58,322 nucleotides of DNA, from the NCBI RefSeq assembly GCF_001194135.2, contig NC_068993.1, forward strand, positions 49,327,239 through 49,385,560. Direction: 5' to 3'. The notes beneath the pieces are model-generated. The model searched no databases, was not told the DNA's origin, and saw only the letters and a list, made by a program, of their open reading frames with translations. Below are positions 49,641-58,322 of the stretch, one piece after another; position 1 is the first letter of the stretch; every line of letters starts with the position of its first letter. This stretch comes from Octopus bimaculoides (Eukaryota). The position numbers and the translations under genes are program-made.

Positions 49641-52600
49641 AAAATATAAAACAGTCATAAAGTTATAAGCAAAAAGTTTGATGAAGGACATTATTCGAAC
49701 AGTTTTTCTTTAATGTAACATACTTAAAAGAAAAACTTCTCTCTCTCACTCTCTCTCTCCTTCGCTTTCGTATTTTTTCTCTCCTCTTTCTACTATCTCC
49801 TCTCCTCTTTCTACTATCTCCTCTCCTCTCTCCTCCTCTCTCTCCTCTCCTCTCTCCTCCTCTCTCTCCTTACACACATGTATTATCTTCTTTCCTAGGC
49901 AGTGTTTGAACTCGTAACTACTTTAACAATTTTAATCAGCATACAAGTAAAATAAGTAACAAATACACCCAGCTTAGGTTTCCAATTTAAAAGCAGTTTT
50001 TGACAAAACTAGTGGCGATCAGCATCAGTAAAATTTATGCAGTGAAGTTTGTGAAAGCTTGGATAATTTGGTATGTCATGGGGGGAAAAAAACAATCTAC
50101 ATCCGTGAGCTATCTCTTTATCTTTTCAGTTGAACAATTCCTTTTTGTTTTCATTTTGTCTTTCTCAGACAAGGAAGGATAAAAAAACAGAAATGTTAGA
50201 CTCCTCACAACATATAAAACTTTTCCAAACTCATGACCTTCTCTAAGTTCCTCTCCTACTTCTTCTCAGTATCTTCAATTTTATTTTTCCTCACAAGGCT
50301 CTCAACACTCAAATCTCTGCCTCGAAATATCCCAAAATGTTCAGCTTTCTGTAATTCTTATTTATCTATTACCCTTGCCAGTATTTTCCCCACATCCTTT
50401 TCCTCTAATTGTAGTGAAGTTCCATTAGTAAACTTTCTTTGGATAAACAAATAGAATTTTAAATCTACAGTTTTGCTGAATAAATTGAGATAATTTTTGC
50501 CTAAGATGAAGCTATATATCAAAGTTTATTCATATAAAAAAATTGTAAGTTATATGTTGTTATGATTTGTATAAACAAGCATCACTTTCATAGCATTTAG
50601 ATTCTATGAAAATTCGGTACTGAAGGCTCTGTAGCAACCAATTCTGATACTGTATGAATGAAATAGGACTGACACACAGTATTTAAAATACCCCACAGTG
50701 ATTATTAATTTTAATATATACATGTTAATATGCATTAATTTGTCTTATGTGCTGTTGTTTCAATAATTCAATTGAAACGTAGTTTGTATATATATGTGTG
50801 TGGTGGTGTTGTTGGGTGGGGCGTTCCCGGTTAAAATTCAGCTGTTGTCTAATATTTAACCTGTTAATTTTGCTGCAGGATTGTGCTTCTAATAGGGTTG
50901 GTTTTAATTCTATGGACTGATTATTATCATCTCTAGATTAAAAGTGGCATGTATGGTATGATAATGGCATTTATGAAATAGAAGCAAAGTTGATAAATCT
51001 GTAGGAGAGATTAAAATAAATGCCATTAGATAGTCATTTGGACAAAATTCTTTGGTAAGTAGAAGGTCATTACTTAAACGAACAGTTTATCCAATGTTAT
51101 CAGTATCTTGAAGCACTTTATATCCTCAGAGATTACTAATGGCTGATTATAGCAATTAGTTTGTCACAACACCAAAATCACTGTACTTATTCACCTTTTT
51201 CTAATTTTCTTTCAGTTTTAATTTTCGTCTTTATGTGTGATAAAACTGTTTTATTAATTCAAAACGTTTTTAAAAGGAAAAACAATATTACTTCTATTTA
51301 CATATTTCATTATAACTAATGGTACTTATTTGCATTATGTTTATTTTCCTTCTGACTACTGATAGAAAGAGTTACATGTCTTCAGGAAGGGATCAAAGAT
51401 GTTATAACTTGTGTTTCTATGGTGATACAAAGTACTGCATGGATTGGGGCTGAAGACAAATTTTGTCTTGCCATTTTCTAATGTAAATTTGTAATGGAAA
51501 TTGTAAGACCATTGCCTAAGGCTTCACATTTGGTTTCTAAATTAACAATTCCCTTTCCCACTAGTGGTTGGTATGCAAACTAAGTTATATGTTTAGTTAA
51601 GTTGATTTCAAAATGAAACCCTATATCTGTTTGGGAATACACTACAGAAAACTTAATTGATGTTTTAAATATTTGCATAGCAATAAACACTTAACCACAT
51701 GCAGTTACACTCACATATATACATTGTTGTTTCCATAAACTGTTTCTTTGAGATATTTCTCGCTGTTTTACAATGAAATTTATCAATATTAGTAGTAACT
51801 GATAGCTTGTTATTTTTGTTTTGATTAATTCTGTCTCCTTACACTTGCAGGGAATTAGATATTAAGGCTATGTGTGTGGACATAAAAGAAATTGTCTGCT
51901 TAAGAATAAAAGATATTTTAAAATGTCTTAGATCTTATCTACCATTGCCTTTCTAAAATCAAGTAATGTGTGAGAAAATTAAATAATTCTTATACATAGA
52001 AAATGATGCTTTGTGGTAGATTGGTGAATTGTAGCCTAAGGCTTAACTGATAATTATGCCACCTATCGTCAGCTTATTGATTTGAGTTTTGAAAAGTTTA
52101 AATTCCTATTAGGAGTCTAACAAGCAAGGTGAGAGTAATCTTGCCATATATACCTGAAGGAAGAACATGATAGGAAGCTGAACTTCATTGAAGCAATAAG
52201 ATATGTATTGTACATCATATTTGTGAGAACTTTCATAGTTTCCAATTAAGCTAGCTTCACATTGTATTGGGAAGTTTCATGGGAAATATAAATATAATTG
52301 ACCTAGCATCATTTAGAGCTGTGATATTACATTGCTTGTCCAGACCAGTGAAGTTTAGCAGCTACAGTGTATGGCTATTATATTCTGATGAATTTTTTTT
52401 TTCTTCTTTTTTTTTTAATGGACTTTTATCTTTGAACTAGTCAAAGATTCTACTGTTTAAAATTAGATTATCTAACAGAAACTGGTATTTTTGAGTGCTA
52501 GTTGTGAAAATCATCAAGATGCAAAGCTGAGGTGGTCAAACAAGAACTAGCATGCTATGCTGATACTATAAAAGAAATGCTAACACGATTTACTTTATTA

Positions 52601-53349
52601 CACTCAATGTGGGGATTGAACAGTGCTAACAAGCCGCAAATCCTTTGCAGGTGTTTAAACCACAAAATAGTTCAAAGTTCTCAATTCTTTTTTTTTTTGC
52701 TTTACCCCAGGACATTGTGACAATTTGGAATAATACCAAATACAGTATTAGCTCAACTGACTAAGTAGTTATAGAGAAGTCAAATATATAGCTATGTACC
52801 TTTTATAGGATTGGCATGTATCCCTCAAATGTCAATAGCATATTTAGTAGCAAAATAAATATGATGTTGTAGCTATGTGAGAGAGAGAGAGAGAAAGAAA
52901 CATGGGCAGAGTTTAGTTAAGTTTAATTTTGATCAAGAGAAAGTTGTTTCAAACTTAGCTTACAATTATGAATTATTTTTTGGTGATGTGTTTTGAGTAT
53001 AAAAATCTGCCAACAGAGATTGAACAAACTTTCTCCATTCATGCAGTTCTAATAGTTATCACAATCTGCAGTAGCGTTCTAATTAAAACCAATTGCCATA
53101 ATTACTCTTAAATTAAAGCCATTAGTTGTAAAGATGGCATTTGAGGATTATGATTGAAATTGGAGGAAGTTCTTTCACTATATTTTTACCATTAATGTGA
53201 GTCACATGCTATATTTAGAAGTTCTGGAGGAAAATTATCAATTATACCTTTATACTCAATGTGATTATTTTTATAGATCTCATTTTATTGTTAGTGTTGC
53301 TAGTATGGCTAATGTGACAGTATGAAGGGGAAAAGTGTGACTTTCTTCA

Positions 53350-53600
53350 TGTGCTCAGCATGGAAAGCCACTGTTAAAGACAACCTCCTGAAAGTTCTCT
53401 TGTAAGATCAGCAACTAAAATCTCCCTCAAATCACACGTTATTGTTTTATATTATGACACATTTATTGGATAATGTTTTCTGGGGTACACTTTTTGCGAA
53501 AAACAAAATAAAGATGGCATATGGGAACAAGAAAGGCCTTTGATCACAAGCATCCTGGTCATCCTGGGACTAACCATCCTGGGGCTAACCAGCCCTTCTG
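53350..53600 (+). repeat. Family E copy with a duplicated 3' unit
   Basis: CAGCAACTAAAATCTCCCTCAAATCACAC..GCCTTTGATCACAAG and three CATCCTGG units. Confidence 0.6.
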
Positions 53601-55678
53601 TGAATCAAGACCAACATTTATGACAGATAATGTTTTTCTCATGATATTTGTCTCCCTTATAAAAACAAACAGGCAAACAAAAAAAAGTCATACCTTTCTA
53701 CCAAAACACAATGTTCTCTGACGACCACTATAGTGTTAAGTACCATTTTATTTTTGTAGTTCTCGAGAAAATATTTTACTCTTTTATTTTTTACCAAAGT
53801 AGCATTGATGAAAGATATTCTGGTTGCAGACAATGTTTTAGCATTTTATCTTTATCCCCACCAAACTGGCATAATTCATGGCTGATCAAAATGTACTGCC
53901 ATTATGTGGAAAGAATCCTTATGGAGACTAGCTTTCCATATTGTAAAAATAAATAAAACAGTCCAGGATTGTGTTTTTTGTTCTATTTTTTATCATTCTA
54001 TTCTATTTTTCTACATGTCTTAATAATTGGTCAGCATTTTTTTTATTGCTTCTTGATTAAAAAGCAAAGGAAATTGCCAAAAGAAAAATATAATGGTTCT
54101 TCAATTTTTTTATCTTTGTTTTATTTTTTACATTTTCCAAAAATATTTAAAAATAAAAAAAAGGTCTTTCTTAAAAGTTCTTTATACACCCAAGGCTTGC
54201 ATCTTATATATACATTTTTAAAACTTTCTTGTAATTGTGTTTTTTAGATTTTTATTTAACACATTCCTTTCCTACTGGTCATTGTTTTCTACTTCCCAGG
54301 CAGAAATGATGGTTAAAAAATAAATAAAATGTATAAACAACGATGATGATGATGATTATAATAATAGCAACGACAAAATCGGCAATAATAACGTGAAGCA
54401 ACTTAATGGCTACTAAGGAAACCTTTTATTTAAATAATTTGACTCATTAGGATTTAAGATGATGTCCCTGCAGAATTATTCTGCAAACTGGGGTGACTAT
54501 CAACCCCTAAGGGTGTCTACAATATAAAATGTTAAACAAAAAATATTGCTATCTACGATTCCATTACTGGTACACAAAGGTATCCTTTCTACAATCTATT
54601 TGCTGATGGGAGGTGCAGTAGACAAGCTGTTTTGTTGAAAATATTTGACATTTTTCTTTCTTTTTTTTTAATGATTTATACATATATATATATTTTATTT
54701 TACACATTTATTATAGATGTTATTATTACTCCTAACATTATTATTGTTGTTGTTGTTGTTGTTATCATCATCAGCGTTACTATTATTATACCATTTACCA
54801 CCCTTATTTCCGCCAACTATATCCGACGCCATGCCATACCCATTACATTGTTATTTTCCTCCTGTTTCATTCAATTTCCAGTTGAGCATACTGGGAACTT
54901 AGCAAGAGTGGAATGCTATGCTTGACATGTGAGTTGCCATTAATAAACTGGGCAGATGGCTGTGACATGGCCAATCTGCATGTGGACATTGTTGGCCAAT
55001 ATTAGTCCCTGGCATACTTCAGTGCATTATCTTCTCTTATAGAGTCTCACATTAATGATGTGTGGATTTCCCTTTACATAATTACCACTTGGCAGCAATA
55101 CTTGCTGGAAAAGGCTTCTCATATTCTCAGTTTCAATAATAGCTTTTTGAACTCTAGATATCTTCCTTTTTTTTTTTCACAATTTCAAGTATTCTTTTTT
55201 ATTTCTTTTATTTACTTTGAGTGTAAAAGTGTAAAGATTATTCCAATAGGGATAACACCAACAAAATGTATTTCTCACTCATTTCCCCCAAATTTCATTC
55301 TGTTCTTGCTTTGTTCTATTTTATTTTATTTCTTTTATTTATTTATTTATTTATTTATTTATTTTGTCACATTTATTCCAAAATAGATACAAATTATTTT
55401 GTGTAACTAATAGAAACATTTTCTGCAGATTTTCATTTTCAATATTTACATCTATCGTTATCGGTTCAAATATGCAGATGTGTGTACATGCTTGCACATT
55501 GGTGCACCTAAATCTCTGTCACCTTATAATCAGTCTCTCAATACCATGTTTGTATCTTAAAATTTTCTCCATGAAATTCTCTTTATATTATGGCCCCTTG
55601 ATGCATCTATGGGCAGCAAAGAACAAATATACTTCTAATTAATTGATGGATATATCAATATACTAAGGTGGATTGCTA

Positions 55679-56305
55679 TTAACCCCTTTTAATACTAACC
55701 TACCAGAGAATGCCCTTGTTTTTGTGATATAAACTACCTGCTTTAATCTAATCTAAATTAAAACCTTCCATCAAATTTGCATGTTGATTAATGTTACAAA
55801 CATTAGCTTAATAACTCTTTTATATTATTATTCTTTTACTTGTTTACTTGTTTCAGTCATTTGACTTCAGCCATGCTGGAGCACTGCCTTTAAGGTTTTT
55901 TAGTCAAAGAAATCAGCTAAAGTATTTACTCTATCAATTTCTTTTGCCGAACCACTAAGTTACAGGGAACATAAACACACAAATATAGGTTGTCAAGTGG
56001 TGGCGGCGATGACAAACACATACAGACACATGTGCATGCACACACACACACATATATATACACACACACACACACACATGGTGGGCTTCTTTCAGTTTCC
56101 ATCTACCAAATCCACTCACATGGCTCGGGGTTACAGTAGAAGATACTTGCCCAAGGTGCCATGCAGAGGGACCAAACCTGGAACCATATGGCTGGGAAGC
56201 AAGCTTCTTACCACACAGCCACTATTTTACTAAATTTTCATTATCTTCAAAAATATTCATTATAAAGGCAGTGTATTTTAAGAAATATGGTAACATGAGA
56301 GCTAA
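55679..56305. mobile_element. Possible TTAA-flanked (piggyBac-like) non-autonomous element interrupted by the family B SINE
   Basis: The left end TTAA-CCCCTTTT is piggyBac-like. The right end GTAACATGAGAGCTAA is only a degenerate inverted match. Confidence 0.3.
55835..56222 (-). mobile_element. SINE family B, full-length copy
   Basis: Colinear with 40722-41085 over its whole length. Confidence 0.88.
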
Positions 56306-56751
56306 GGTACTTGGCTTTGGCAGCAAGACTGTCAAGTTATAGAAACACAACAATAAAAAAACAAAAAAATTAATGGTACAAACTCACAAGAGCATTGAAG
56401 AATGATTGGTTTAAAGAAGCAATATGGTTTTAGATATAGTTGCATCTACAATTAAGATGGTTGTATAAATATTTAGTATCTGGTAGATATAAATAGAATG
56501 TCAGATTTGCTACTTAATGATGAAATGATTAATAGTTTGGCAAATGGGGGCTGAAATAGTGGTGTGGTAATCTCTGATGCAACTTCTTTCCATAGCCCTT
56601 TATGTATATTTTTCATTTTTTAAATGCTTTCCTGGTATAATTCTTTTATCATTGTGTTATGAAGTCTCTTCATTCATTGTCAACTGATATCTGTATTGTA
56701 ATAGATTGATTCTTGTTGTTTTATGTTGGTGTTTATGAGAGATATGCACAT

Positions 56752-57065
56752 AACAGCTTGTCTGTCGACCCTTATTAAGCATGTCTCTTGAGCCTTTTGA
56801 AGATGTGTCCCCATAGCTGTTAGGAGGCCAACCCTTTATGAAACATGCTTCTTGTTCTCTTTTGAGGAAGGAAATTTGCTCATGGCTGTTAGGCTGTCAA
56901 CCTTTATTAAACATATCTTCTGTACTCTTTTCAGAGAAGAGGTGTGCCCATGGCTGTTAGACTGTCAACCTTTATTAAATGTGCTTCCTGTGCACTTTCA
57001 GGGAAGAACTATGCCTATTTCTGTTAGGCTGTCAACCTCTAATTAAATGTGCCTCCTGGAAGAAC
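56752..57065. repeat. Tandem repeat with a 67-69-bp unit, about 5 units
   Basis: CTGTTAGG(C)TGTCAACC recurs at 56817, 56886, 56954 and 57021 (partial at 56762), with similar intervening sequence. Confidence 0.9.
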
Positions 57066-57103
57066 TGCCACTAGAAAAAATAATAATAAAGATAGAGATA
57101 GAT

Positions 57104-57134
<31 letters not shown>

Positions 57135-57579
57135 AAGAAAGAGAGTCAGTATAATGGCAGCAGCTGTTCCATAGGTGACCCAATGACATTAGAAATTTTG
57201 TAAGAAATGATAAAAGTACATTTTTTATTTATTTTTATTTTTTTAGTTTTACTTCTTCTCCATGATAACATCTTTTATGACAAATTCTGTTGGTATGTTG
57301 CTTCGGGGGGCGACCTGAGGGCAAACTTAAAGCATAGCGCCAAGATAATAAATATGGATTAGAAATTAATAGAGAAATGAAAAAAAAAAAAAAGTNNNNN
57401 NNNNNNNNNNNNNNNNNNNNNNNNNNNNNNNNNNNNNNNNNNNNNNNNNNNNNNNNNNNNNNNNNNNNNNNNNNNNNNNNNNNNNNNNNNNNNNNNNNNN
57501 NNNNNNNNNNNNNNNNNNNNNNNNNNNNNNNNNNNNNNNNNNNNNNNNNNNNNNNNNNNNNNNNNNNNNNNNNNNNNNN

Positions 57580-57614
<35 letters not shown>

Positions 57615-57893
57615 TGATTTAATCATAAATATCCACCTTAACAAAACATGGCATTTTGGAAGTTTTTCTTGAAATTTAGTTTATTTAGTAATGTAAAGTG
57701 TTTTGCAGTCTTTGAGTGCAAGCTCATAAACATATGGAAGAATATAATAAGAATCTTAAGCTATTTTTGTTTTCAACTGAAATTTCAAAATGAATGTTAT
57801 ATATGTATGTATGTATATTTATATATATATGTGTGTGTGCATATGTATATATATATGTATATATATATGTGTGTGTATATATATATATGTATA

Positions 57894-58322
57894 TATTGGG
57901 TTGGCAACTAAGTTCCCTCTGTTGTTTTAAATTTTAATTTTTTTGAAGGTTTAATAAAAAAAAATAACAACTAATTAATCAATAATGTATTCACCCTTGT
58001 TGTTTACAACTTCTTCCCAACGTTCAACAAGATTTTCAATACCTCATTGGTAGAAATCACCCAATTTCAACTTGAAAAATTGATCCAACCAAGCTCTCAT
58101 TTCTGCATCAGTATTGAATGAAACTCCGCGCATAGCATTTGAAAGAGATTGAAAGAGGTGGAAATCCGTTGGTGCCAAATCAGGAGAGTATGTCGGGTGT
58201 GGCAGCACTTCCCAGCCATGCGTTTGAATGGCTTCCTTGGTCATATTAGCGATATGAGGGCGAGTGTTGTCATGCAGCAGAAGAACTCCATGCTGCCAAT
58301 TAGGTCTTTTCTCTTGAATAGC
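57894..58322 (-). mobile_element. Mariner transposon, 3' part (DD34D catalytic end + TIR), running off the window edge
   Basis: Minus-strand reading AIQEKRPNWQHGVLLLHDNTRPHIANMTKEAIQTHGWEVLPHPTYSPDLAPTDFHLFQSLSNAM...DFYQ*GIENLVERWEEVVNNKGEYIID*. There are 34 residues between the HD aspartate and the APTD aspartate, and a YSPDLAP motif. Premature TGA at 58044-46; natural stop at 57975-77. TA + TIR TTGGGTTGGCAACTAAG at 57894-57912, inserted in a (TA)n tract. Confidence 0.95.

Noticed and set aside
50200-50455. Minus-strand frame FIQRKFTNG..GIFRGRDLSVESLVRK with three stops as a pseudogene
   Set aside because: No family motif recognised; purine skew alone can keep a frame nearly open.
56925-56936. 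Histone 3' stem-loop (CTCTTTTCAGAG)
   Set aside because: It lacks the closing GG/CC pairs, there is no histone ORF, and it lies inside a tandem repeat.
56752-57065. CRISPR-like repeat-spacer array
   Set aside because: The intervening segments are homologous to each other, the context is eukaryotic and there are no cas genes.
5586-57912. The two mariner TIRs as ends of one 52-kb composite element
   Set aside because: The TIRs are in direct, not inverted, orientation and diverge after 12 bp.

Overview
AT-rich animal genomic scaffold, not prokaryotic or viral. It has 9 assembly gaps (N runs at 4709-5273, 12655-12979, 18636-18645, 20641-21085, 26796-27069, 29173-29848, 32841-33007, 38176-38337, 57396-57579) and very dense (TA)n/(CA)n/(CT)n/(CAT)n microsatellites. 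The SINE families resemble those I recall from Octopus, so an octopod cephalopod is the best guess; this is recalled, not searched. No ORF in the supplied track is a recognisable intact host gene: most are microsatellite, gap or repeat artefacts, and only low-confidence exon candidates exist (6.3-11.7 kb). Supported content: two mariner (DD34D) relics, a hAT-like MITE with a perfect 8-bp TSD, a decayed Ty3/Gypsy gag, two RTE-type LINE relics, about 30 SINE-like copies in five families, and several minisatellites. The best leads are: (1) a near-canonical minimal type I hammerhead ribozyme on the minus strand at 38572-38613, plus two decayed hammerhead-like relics; (2) a recursive-splicing-like site (branch point, polypyrimidine tract, AG|GTAAGT, then a 35-nt cryptic exon) at 35544-35619, with a second AG|GTGAGT site at 11561; (3) a CpG-retained to CpG-decayed transition near 13 kb, suggesting a promoter region followed by a long methylated intron; (4) fold-back structures that could be ADAR or small-RNA substrates.
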